From positions 1-53,482 of the IMG/VR virus record IMGVR_UViG_3300022918_000002: 53,482 bases of DNA; one strand, written 5' to 3'. The notes beneath the pieces were generated by a model. It was not told the DNA's origin. It saw nothing but the letters and a program-made list of their open reading frames with translations, and made no database searches. Origin of the DNA: a virus. Lineage: Duplodnaviria; Caudoviricetes. Position 1 is the first letter of the stretch. Every line of letters starts with the position of its first letter. Positions 41,409-49,668 of this stretch are shown here, piece by piece. The position numbers were made by a program, and so were the translations under genes.

Positions 41409-42015
41409 TGTTTTTAATTTGTAAAGTTAAAATTTAGTGTGCCAGTTTCTTTACTCGCATTTTTCTGCTGTTTTAAGCGCATTTCTTTGCTTATCCATAC
41501 AACTATGTACTTTGTCTTGTTATTAGGTCGCTTAGTGGCTAAAAATGGGTTTACAGGGTGTTTAAATATTAATTCCTGCTTTTATAATTGTTGTAAAGCA
41601 TTACCCCATTCGCTGCCGTTGCCTGTAATTTTACCACACGCCATTTTATAGGCTTGTTTAAGGTCTTCTACTGTAAATGAAATAAACCTTTTGCTTACCC
41701 ATTTCTTTGAGAACTCGTAAGGGGTTAGGTTATTCATAAAATGGAATCCAGTTACCGAAAGTTGATTTAACCCCTCTACCAATCTCCAAGTGAGCGCATT
41801 TATTTAACAAGCATAGTTTTTTTTCGCCTTTATCATTAAGAATATAGAAAGCTAAATTATGCGGTTCTCTTGCTTCAGTAGATGAAATAACTTCATACTT
41901 TTTATTAAAAGTAAAGTTATCTGCCGGATATGGTAACATTACATATTTAAGTTTTTTCATTGCTATTATTTTTAAAATTTATCCCAGTTTTCTTGTACCC
42001 ATTCATCACAAATAA

Positions 42016-42050
42016 TTAAAGCGGGTTTACTATACTTCAACCCGCTTTAA
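42016..42050. terminator. Perfect 12-bp inverted repeat (terminator or processing hairpin)
   Basis: TTAAAGCGGGTT-N11-AACCCGCTTTAA. Confidence 0.6.
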
Positions 42051-42152
42051 CTTGGTAGCCGCCATCCCTGACGCAATCGTGCCCTAAGTTTCAAGTATTT
42101 TTACGATTGTTGTTTTTTATAAAACACGATACTACCTGAATGAATTTAGTTT

Positions 42153-42905
42153 CTACATGATTATCGGGGGGGTTAATATTTTTTCAGCTTTTAAAACGTT
42201 AGCGGTTAATAATTCTTTATCTTCCTCCGTTGGCTTAAAGTTATGTATAACCTTTGACGGCCATTTGCTATGCGATGGTATATACGCTAATTCGCTTATA
42301 TGCTTTTCAGTAATAAATCTACCTTGCCACGGCTCAATTCCTATTCTTTCTAAAAAGTTAGTATCTTCTATTTCTTCACGTATTTGTATCAGTTGGTCGT
42401 AAGATGGTGTAAATGCCATTATCTCGCAATATTCAACGCCAAGCAATATACAGTTAGAAACAACCTGCCAAAATATATCAGGAAACAAGCCTTTAAAAAC
42501 ATCAATATTTATTACACCCTCGTTAAGCTCTAACAATGCTTTAGAAAGGGTGTAATACTTCTTAGGTTGATAGCATTTCATTTCTCCCGCTGTATTAACT
42601 TTAGTAAAGTCAGGCGAGCCACTCCAAAAAGGATATTTAGGATGGGTTAACGTTGTTTTTGAGCATAAAGAATACTCTATACCCATATCATTTTCAAAAG
42701 CCCATGCCTCCATTACTTTGCCCCATGTCATATCTTGGGAATACGCACCAGTATCTAACGAACGCCCTAAACACCTTTCGGCTCTTTTTTCTTCAATGTA
42801 AGTTAAGGCAGGCGCGCCAAATCCTTTTCCTGATTTGTCTTTAGTCATTAACTTGAATATTTCGCTTGATGTAAAACGTCCTATTCTTTGCTCTATACTA
42901 ATCAT
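42153..42905 (-). CDS. YqaJ/lambda-exonuclease-like recombination nuclease
   Basis: RIGRFTSSE, MTWGKVME, SGSPD...EMKC, FWQ motifs. Confidence 0.85.
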   Translation of the reverse strand: MISIEQRIGRFTSSEIFKLMTKDKSGKGFGAPALTYIEEKRAERCLGRSLDTGAYSQDMTWGKVMEAWAFENDMGIEYSLCSKTTLTHPKYPFWSGSPDFTKVNTAGEMKCYQPKKYYTLSKALLELNEGVINIDVFKGLFPDIFWQVVSNCILLGVEYCEIMAFTPSYDQLIQIREEIEDTNFLERIGIEPWQGRFITEKHISELAYIPSHSKWPSKVIHNFKPTEEDKELLTANVLKAEKILTPPIIM

Positions 42906-43401
42906 TGGTTTTAATTTTTGAGTTTAGAAAGTTAATTACTTTGTTGTATGAGTTATATTCCTGGTTATTTATAACTCTTTCAACACCCGTTAATTCTTCT
43001 GGATTTAATTCTGATTTAACTTGGTCTAATAGGGTTTTAATATTACCTAAATGATCTATACCGCCTTTTAATACCCTTAGTATAGCTAATCCATTTGCCT
43101 CTCCAATACGCCCCTTGTTTTCTACAATGCCTATTTCAACTTCTAAGTTAACCCATGCAGAAGTTTCTTTTGTGCCGGTGTACATATTCAACTTCTTACA
43201 GTTGGTCGCATTAAGTATCATCGGTTTTACATTCTCTCCATTTGAATACGTTTTTTCATGAAAGTAAGCAACGTTCTTCAATTCCTTTTTTTGTAATTGA
43301 ACATCTTTTTGTTCAACACGCTGTATCGTTAATATAACATTTGAATCTATGTCCCATGCAGCCATAAAATCAGATTTAAATGCGTTTCTCCAATTTCCCA
43401 T
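42898..43401 (-). CDS. Putative ssDNA-binding/annealing partner of the exonuclease
   Basis: Likely start MGNWR at 43401; KPMILNATN motif; adjacent to the exonuclease gene. Confidence 0.5.
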   Translation of the reverse strand: MGNWRNAFKSDFMAAWDIDSNVILTIQRVEQKDVQLQKKELKNVAYFHEKTYSNGENVKPMILNATNCKKLNMYTGTKETSAWVNLEVEIGIVENKGRIGEANGLAILRVLKGGIDHLGNIKTLLDQVKSELNPEELTGVERVINNQEYNSYNKVINFLNSKIKTND

Positions 43402-43403
43402 AA

Positions 43404-43952
43404 TTATTTTATTAAATGTTTCCAATGTGTATTATGTAGTATCCTGCCTATTGTTGATGTGTCAACATTATATTGTTCAGCAATAGACTTAATTGTTTTT
43501 GATTTGCCTATGGCGCGTATCTCTAAAACTTGTATTTCAGTTAATTTAGCGGCTGCATTTTTAGTTCCTTTGCATGATTTCATTAAATTATTTGAATGAG
43601 CATGATGGCTATTTTCTTTAGGTGTTACCCATTCGAGTTCAGTAACTCTGTTGTCATTCTTTATTCCTAATTTGTGATTAACTTCTGATTTTTTTTCAGG
43701 GTTTGGAATAAAAGCAATTGCAATTAACCTATGCAGTAAAAAACTATTACCACCATTCTTTTTGCTCAACCTTACTTGTAAATAACCATCTTTAGTTGTG
43801 CATGGTTTTAGAGGTCGTTCTTTGTAAAAATGATACTTATTATTTGGGGTTATAAATCTCCAATAACTAAGAGATTTAATATTACCTAAATTAGACACGG
43901 CATACAAACCCTCATAACCCACTACGTCTTTCCATTCTTCTATAATATCCAT
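43404..43952 (-). CDS. NUMOD4-HNH homing endonuclease
   Basis: EEWKDVVGYEGLYAVSNLG (NUMOD4), HRLIA..F.PNP...VNH....K.DNRV.ELEW....N; likely start MDIIE at 43952. Confidence 0.92.
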   Translation of the reverse strand: MDIIEEWKDVVGYEGLYAVSNLGNIKSLSYWRFITPNNKYHFYKERPLKPCTTKDGYLQVRLSKKNGGNSFLLHRLIAIAFIPNPEKKSEVNHKLGIKNDNRVTELEWVTPKENSHHAHSNNLMKSCKGTKNAAAKLTEIQVLEIRAIGKSKTIKSIAEQYNVDTSTIGRILHNTHWKHLIK

Positions 43953-43955
43953 AAT

Positions 43956-44069
43956 AAAAATAAAAAGCCTACCATACTCCAAACGCATCTCAACTCGTTC
44001 TTTGTATAATAGGCTATAATGTCTTTAATGTTGCTTTAATTGAGATGCTGCAACCTTATAGCAAATATA
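43956..44069 (-). ncRNA. Kissing-loop/terminator leader, copy C
   Basis: Promoter TATATTTG 44069-44062; hairpin GTTGC/GCAAC with loop GCATCTCAA; terminator AGCCTATTATAC/GTATGGTAGGCT with apical TTGAGATGC (9-nt complement). Confidence 0.72.
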
Positions 44070-44109
44070 CGGATAACTAATTATATTATAGATTAATAGG
44101 CTATTAATG

Positions 44110-44355
44110 TTATTTATTTTCTACTATTATAAAATCTTTTACCTCTAATCCTGATATTTTAGATAGATACAATATATCTGAAACTACTACCGGTGCATTA
44201 AAGTTTTTATAGTTCCTTAGAGTAGCATCACTTAATCCCATATCTTCGGCAAGTTCATACTGCCTTAATTTATCTTTTTCGGGATATTTTTCATTTACGG
44301 TATCGATAACCTTTTCTATGTCAATCTTAACCCCTGTTCTTTTCTTTTCGCTCAT
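44110..44355 (-). CDS. Cro/XRE-like HTH transcriptional regulator
   Basis: LRQYELAEDMGLSDATLRNYK. Confidence 0.8.
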   Translation of the reverse strand: MSEKKRTGVKIDIEKVIDTVNEKYPEKDKLRQYELAEDMGLSDATLRNYKNFNAPVVVSDILYLSKISGLEVKDFIIVENK

Positions 44356-46688
44356 TTTCGTTTTTTCTTTTTAGGTTGTAAATGTGTCTTTTTATTTCGG
44401 GTTTTTCCTGTGCCGTAGTTTTTGAAACTCTGAACTACAGGGTCAGATACTTTAGTTTCTGATTCAAGTATTTTCTTTTCTCTTAGAGCAATAGTGCCCG
44501 ACGAAACGTAAATGTTATTTTGGCACAAATGTTCCTTTTCATAATTTCCTTTACTGTTCATAATCTTATTTTATAATCTATAACCTGTATAATCGCATTT
44601 ACTGCAATTAACATTATATTGAGGTGGATTGCTTAATAAAATATTACCGTTTGTATCCTGTAATTCCGAATTACATTTAAGGCAAGATATACCGTTGTTT
44701 TTAGGATATGTTTGGTTTAAAATAAACATATCTTTGGTTTGTTTGTTATTTTCGTCTAATGTTTTCATAATAAATGTATTTTTTCGTAGTTAGGATTTTG
44801 CCCGTAATCTGTAAATAAATTACTTAAAGGCAGCGAGTAATTTGCATCGGGGTGGGTTTGGGTTATTTCTATGGTTATCATTTTATTTTATATTCAGGAG
44901 TTTTCTTTTGCTTGTCATTATGCATACTCTTAGCCTCTTTCCAAGTAATATATCTATTTTTGTTATTGTCCATCCTATTTATTGCAGCATCAAATCGATT
45001 ACTTGCAAGCTCTTTGTAATTGTTGACTTCATTTTCAACCCAGTCTTGTTTTAATTCTTGGAGTGTATCATAGTCCCAAAAAATAAAACTATCGGTAACA
45101 GTTGAGAAAACAGCGTATTTGCCGTTAGGTTGTTTGAAAAACACATGCGCCATAACTTTAAGGTTTATAATTTTTAATGAAATTAACTACAGCAACATAG
45201 GCGGCTTGTATTTTCGTTTCGCCTTTATAATCGCATAACGCAGGAGTATTAAAACCATCGTCTAAACATATCTGTGCGCGATGCCTGCATAACTGAAACT
45301 TATAACCCAAAGATTCTATTTTCTCTATTACAGGCATTAACCGTGACCATGATTTATGATAATTTGCTTTATAGAACTGAACATTTCCGCTTTCAGTCAT
45401 AAATCCACCAAAATGCTCTGAGAATTTAAAACCTACAAACTCCGCGATAATCTTATTACTTTCTTCTATATTCATTTTGCCTTATTTTTTAGCACCCCGC
45501 AGGGAATGATGTAACTTCTTTAGCGTTTACGATTGTTGTTAAACCACCGTTTTCATTTCTGTATGTACGTTTCACGTATTGGTATTTTTTGCCTCCTGAG
45601 GTTCCGTAACCGTTAGCGTCAAAACCTTGTGTGGTTGATTCTTCGCAATTAATAGATATAATAATAGATTGTCCGTTAGGTAAAATAGCTTTAATATTGC
45701 CGCTTGTTTTAAAAGAATAAAGTCCGAATAACGATAATACCATTATTGATAAGATTATTTTTTTCATGGTTATAATTTTACTGAATTTAATTTATTGTTT
45801 GCATCAACAACTGATTGCCTGTTTTCAATAGATGGGTTTTTAAGATATGCTTTTATTGCCGCGCCTCTTGATTGTAATTCTTGGTGTAATGTTTTCATGA
45901 TTTATATTTTTAAGATTACTCTACCATTCTAAGAGCGTTAAGTATTCTTTCTTTGGGTTTTGAGCCTAATTTATCCGGCCCATCATTTATTTCATATACA
46001 ACGGCATATTCTCCCATAGCAGGCATTGAAACAACTTTTTTATGTATAGGTTCTAAAATATTAACTAAGGCTTTCGCTTCTAATGTTAATCCATCTTGGT
46101 AAGATTCAATGCCACAATGTCCAAGAGCACAATGGCACTCATTATCTACGGGGCTTTTTAAATTAGTTGTACACCATTTATTTTCCGGTATGGCTTCAAA
46201 CTTTTTAATAAAGTACTCTTTGTCAAATTTAGTTTCCATGATTATTCAGTTTTTAATTTTATCCAGTTGTATTCTATTTGTTGTTCTACAGATAACAAGT
46301 GCCATTCAATTGCATAACCATTTTGGCGCATATAATCAGAGAAAATAAATGGATAATTATTATCTGTAATTTCTCCATCTATTACTTTACGGTAAAATGA
46401 TTCGTAAAAAACAATATAATCACTATCCTTGTGAAAAGAAATTAAACCTATATTTCTATTTTTAAATCCATCTATAAAATATGAAGATATATTTAATAGT
46501 TTAGCCACCTCAATAGCATCTTCATCGGTAATTGATGAAAGGGGCTTAAGTAGTAATTTTGTATAATCATCAATACTGCCATCTAATAAATAAGTGTCTG
46601 TACTTTCGTATTCATCATTGAAAGTCAAAACTTGTTGTTTCCAATAATTTGCAAAAAATCTCTCTTTGTTTTCAAATGTGTTTTCCAT
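44352..46688 (-). other. Second array of small early/accessory ORFs, including a CxxC-CxxC protein (44571..44768) and a signal-peptide protein (45489..45767)
   Basis: Co-oriented short ORFs downstream of the 46720 promoter. Confidence 0.75.
45916..46239 (-). CDS. Hypothetical CHCALGHCG protein, paralog 2
   Basis: Clear paralog of 30850..31191. Confidence 0.8.
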   Translation of the reverse strand: METKFDKEYFIKKFEAIPENKWCTTNLKSPVDNECHCALGHCGIESYQDGLTLEAKALVNILEPIHKKVVSMPAMGEYAVVYEINDGPDKLGSKPKERILNALRMVE

Positions 46689-46719
46689 TGTTATAATTAT
46701 TTATTGTTTTTCTATACCG

Positions 46720-46767
46720 CAAACCTAACATATTTTAGCTTACTAACCTAATATATTTTATGTTTAT
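46720..46767 (-). promoter_or_regulatory. Promoter overlapped by tandem 14-bp direct repeats (same motif as at 31.7 kb)
   Basis: TAGGTTTG at 46727-46720; AACCTAACATATTT at 46722 and AACCTAATATATTT at 46745 (23-bp period). Confidence 0.7.
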
Positions 46768-46780
46768 TTTTATTTAAAGC

Positions 46781-46866
46781 AAAAAAAATACCGCCTACTT
46801 TCGTAAACGGTACTAAAAACAATAGAAAATAAATATAGAATTAAAAACAATAATGTCGCAAATATA
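46781..46866 (-). ncRNA. Candidate sRNA of about 75 nt (promoter to terminator, no ORF)
   Basis: TATATTTG at 46866-46859; U-rich body; terminator TACCGTTTAC-GAAA-GTAGGCGGTA followed by a U-run. Confidence 0.5.
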
Positions 46867-46891
46867 GTAAACATTAGCGACAAACAATTTA

Positions 46892-47380
46892 TTACTTATT
46901 CCTTAGCTCATTAAACATATTAGTGACATTAGAGGCATGTTTATTCATCGTTCGGTACATAAGTAACATTGCTACCATAAACACCAATACAACGCCTACG
47001 ATTAAGTATAAAACCCATGTAGAGTTAAACTCCTCCGTCTTGGTTTTTTCCTTTTCCTTTGTAGTCTGTAAAAGTTGGCTATTATATTTAGTTATAACAT
47101 CGATTAAAGCCGCGTTACAGTCCGCCTGTTGGATTATTCCCTGCTTATCGTATATTACCTTAAGTTGAGTGCCGTTCGTGCCTTGTACGTATATTGTGGT
47201 GTCCCTGTAAATTATGTTTGCCGGTGGAATGTAAGTCGCAATACCACCATCTCGCTTCTCTGTAGTTTCTATTTGCTCTTTAAAGTCGGTATCGGTTTTA
47301 GTCTTGGATGCTTGCTTTTGTATATCACAGGATGTTAACGACAATAATGTCATGAACATAATTAATAATCGGATTTTCAT
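46892..47380 (-). CDS. Unimolecular spanin-like lipoprotein
   Basis: N-terminal lipobox LLSLTSC plus C-terminal TM segment WVLYLIVGVVLVFMVAMLLMY; own promoter box TAACTTTG at 47410-47403. Confidence 0.7.
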   Translation of the reverse strand: MKIRLLIMFMTLLSLTSCDIQKQASKTKTDTDFKEQIETTEKRDGGIATYIPPANIIYRDTTIYVQGTNGTQLKVIYDKQGIIQQADCNAALIDVITKYNSQLLQTTKEKEKTKTEEFNSTWVLYLIVGVVLVFMVAMLLMYRTMNKHASNVTNMFNELRNK

Positions 47381-47479
47381 TTATAGGGTTTTTAAGTTTA
47401 AACAAAGTTAGTCAATTACCTAAACAAAAGATTACCTACATGGAATCATGTTATTTTTAGCACGGTGTCGTGTATAAAC

Positions 47480-47585
47480 AAAAAAACCGTGCATCTCTAC
47501 ACGGTTTACCAACCCCCAAAAACTTAATGCATGAAAAACACTACTTATTTTTTACTTAAAAAGAATTTTAAGCTTTACAAATATA
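47480..47585 (-). ncRNA. Candidate sRNA of about 95 nt (promoter to terminator)
   Basis: TATATTTG at 47585-47578; terminator AAACCGTG-TAGAGATG-CACGGTTT followed by a U-run. Confidence 0.5.
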
Positions 47586-47625
47586 TAAATATTTACCTGC
47601 TTATTGCGTAATAATGTTTTTTATG

Positions 47626-47719
47626 TATATTTGTCGATGTAGAGTCGTCGCTACAATTAAAAACATTTTAAAATTTCCGCACATGAAGAGCCGACGACCT
47701 CTGATTGTGCGGATTTTTT
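47626..47719 (+). ncRNA. Kissing-loop/terminator leader, copy D
   Basis: TATATTTG 47626-47633; hairpin TGTAG-AGTCGTCG-CTACA; terminator TCCGCACA/TGTGCGGA with apical loop CCGACGAC, then T6. Confidence 0.75.
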
Positions 47720-47725
47720 GCATTT

Positions 47726-47803
47726 ATGAAATCAGCAAGTGAGAATTATGCCGAGATATTAAAATCTCCTGAATGGCATAAAAAGAGATTTAAGTTGAAA
47801 TAA
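47726..47803 (+). pseudogene. 25-codon ORF resembling the N-terminus of an HNH nuclease
   Basis: MKSASENYAEILKSPEWHKKRFKLK; Y...L.SPEW..KR is typical of phage HNH N-termini, and the catalytic part is absent. Confidence 0.5.
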
Positions 47804-47831
47804 ACCCTTATAACAGCTAAAACAATAACCA

Positions 47832-48035
47832 ATGACAAAACAAGAAAAGGCAAACCAGGACAAAAACAGGTATTTTACAGAAACAGGCGTTGATATTACA
47901 GAACGCATTACAAGCGGTAAAACACTATTCTTTGAATGGCGAAATGAAGCCGCTAAATACGCTGAACAAAAAAGGACTTATGTATTTGAAGTATTTAACA
48001 GAACCGAGCAAATAGGTTTCGGGGTAACAACTTAA
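47832..48035 (+). CDS. Hypothetical protein
   Basis: 67 aa, in the plus-strand operon. Confidence 0.65.
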   Translation: MTKQEKANQDKNRYFTETGVDITERITSGKTLFFEWRNEAAKYAEQKRTYVFEVFNRTEQIGFGVTT

Positions 48036-48039
48036 GATT

Positions 48040-48480
48040 ATGGAATTGAAAGCAAGCGAATTACGAATAGGCAATTTAGTTGATTATCTGTGTGAAGATA
48101 AACTGGATGACCGGCAGGAATGGTACGAACCTACAGTGATTGACTGGCAGGATATTAAATATTTATCCGAAAAAGAAGTAAGAAACAAAGGATTAGTTCC
48201 CGATGGCCCGGTAAGAGAACATTACAAACCCATCCCGATAACCGAAGATTGGCTGTTGAAATTAGGGTTTGTTCGTAGTAATAATCCTGACTTACTTTTC
48301 TTTTCAATACCGATGCTGCATATCGAAATACATGCCGAAAAATATCGCGGCAGGTATGTTATTCAATTGGCGAATCATATTAAACCTATTGTGACTGAAA
48401 TCGAATTTGTACACCAACTTCAAAACTTAATATACGCGCTCAGTGGCACAGAACTAACTTTAACCGATAAAACTAATTAA
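48040..48480 (+). CDS. Conserved-looking phage hypothetical protein
   Basis: ELRIGNLV...PIPITEDWLLKLGF...VHQLQNLIYALSG.EL pattern, recalled as common in Bacteroidota phages. Confidence 0.7.
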   Translation: MELKASELRIGNLVDYLCEDKLDDRQEWYEPTVIDWQDIKYLSEKEVRNKGLVPDGPVREHYKPIPITEDWLLKLGFVRSNNPDLLFFSIPMLHIEIHAEKYRGRYVIQLANHIKPIVTEIEFVHQLQNLIYALSGTELTLTDKTN

Positions 48481-48490
48481 TTATGGAATT

Positions 48491-48691
48491 ATGCCAAAGT
48501 CATTAATTTATAAGGGGGTCTATGCCGTTACAAGAAACGGTAAAAATATGTTTCGATCTAACCATTCATACAACAAAATAATATGGCAGTCTAATTATTT
48601 CAATAGTGAAATTGAAGCAGCAAAGGCTTACGATATTCGTTTAATCACATTAGGCTTTAAGCCTGTAAATGTTTTAAAGCCTAAATTATGA
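48491..48691 (+). CDS. Stand-alone AP2-domain DNA-binding protein
   Basis: YKGVY...YFNSEIEAAKAYD. Confidence 0.7.
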   Translation: MPKSLIYKGVYAVTRNGKNMFRSNHSYNKIIWQSNYFNSEIEAAKAYDIRLITLGFKPVNVLKPKL

Positions 48692-48930
48692 ATTGCGAAC
48701 TTTTTACAGTACCTGACGTAAGCGCAAAACTTAATTTAAGTTTTGAAACAGTAAGATTATTGATTAAACTCTTTGATGCTTATCCTACTGTAATTAACAA
48801 TAGAGTTTTTTATTCCAGATACATGAAAGATAAGATAATAAAATCATTGCCTTTAATAACAATACCAAAAAAGCCTAAAAAGCCTTATTTTGAGTTTGCA
48901 GAAGTAACAATAGAAAGTAAAATAAATTAA
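48688..48930 (+). CDS. Excisionase/MerR-like HTH protein
   Basis: FTVPDVSAKLNLSFETVR...RVFY. Confidence 0.5.
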   Translation: MNCELFTVPDVSAKLNLSFETVRLLIKLFDAYPTVINNRVFYSRYMKDKIIKSLPLITIPKKPKKPYFEFAEVTIESKIN

Positions 48931-48941
48931 AAACAAATATT

Positions 48942-49328
48942 ATGATAAAAATAAACTCACTTAGTTTTAATGAGCAAGATGTAACTGAATGCAATGATGT
49001 ATCAGTTTTGTTAAATTATGAAATTGAATTATTAAAGCTAATGTCACATATAAAGGGCACGATTGATCATTGTAAAGAATTAAAAGAGAAAGGTACACCC
49101 GTTGCTTACGACATGTATTCTAAAAACATTCGTTTTAAGTCGCTTCTTGGAATACTGCATGCAATAATAAAAAATAGAATTAAAGAAATAAACAAAGACA
49201 ATCCAAAATTAGCTATTAAGCATTTCGGTAACTTTTTCATAGATGTAGCGGAAGAGGTATTGAGCGAGGAAACATTTAAGCATATAAAAGATAAGGCTGA
49301 AATAATATATAGAATGCAAATTAAATAA
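48942..49328 (+). CDS. Hypothetical protein
   Basis: 128 aa helical ORF. Confidence 0.65.
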   Translation: MIKINSLSFNEQDVTECNDVSVLLNYEIELLKLMSHIKGTIDHCKELKEKGTPVAYDMYSKNIRFKSLLGILHAIIKNRIKEINKDNPKLAIKHFGNFFIDVAEEVLSEETFKHIKDKAEIIYRMQIK

Positions 49329-49636
49329 TGGATGACGAGATAAAGGTAATTTCTCTATTAGAAAAGAGTTTTACATTTAAGCGTACTACCAATACCGAAC
49401 AAAAATCCTGTTATCATTACGGGGTAGAAGTAGATGAGGAAACACGCACCGTAAATTGCGCTAAATGCGGAATTGTGATGGATCCTTTTGATTATCTAAA
49501 AACTACATGCTACAGGAACGAAAGCGCTTTCAACAAGTATATATTGTTAACAGCAGAAGTTTCTAAACTTGAAAAAAGGTATAATAATCTAAATAAAGAA
49601 ATCGAAAGATTAAAATCTATAAAGTCTAAACTATAA
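49328..49636 (+). CDS. Zinc-binding coiled-coil hypothetical protein
   Basis: CxH...CAKCG...DPFDYL, then a coiled coil. Confidence 0.65.
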   Translation: MDDEIKVISLLEKSFTFKRTTNTEQKSCYHYGVEVDEETRTVNCAKCGIVMDPFDYLKTTCYRNESAFNKYILLTAEVSKLEKRYNNLNKEIERLKSIKSKL

Positions 49637-49668
49637 AAAAAGCCTCCATTACGGGGGCTTTGCTTTTT
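49635..49668. terminator. Bidirectional intrinsic terminator between convergent operons
   Basis: A-run, AAAGCCTCC-ATTAC-GGGGGCTTT, T-rich tail. Confidence 0.8.

Noticed and set aside
43404-43952. Group I intron around the HNH gene
   Set aside because: The flanking genes look intact and there is no room for a ribozyme core, so it appears free-standing.
43953-43988. N-terminal extensions given by the ORF track (HNH from 43988; likewise 34917, 50358, 18374 and 537)
   Set aside because: These upstream starts lie inside terminators, promoters or neighbouring genes; downstream ATGs with A-rich leaders are more plausible.
2334-47338. Plus-strand ORFs in the track before 47.6 kb (e.g. 6704..7231, 11297..11833, 18485..18997)
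   Set aside because: They are antisense shadows of well-supported minus-strand genes, with no motifs or plausible promoters.
48688-48930. Excisionase as evidence of an integration module
   Set aside because: The HTH similarity is weak and no tyrosine or serine recombinase was found in the genome.
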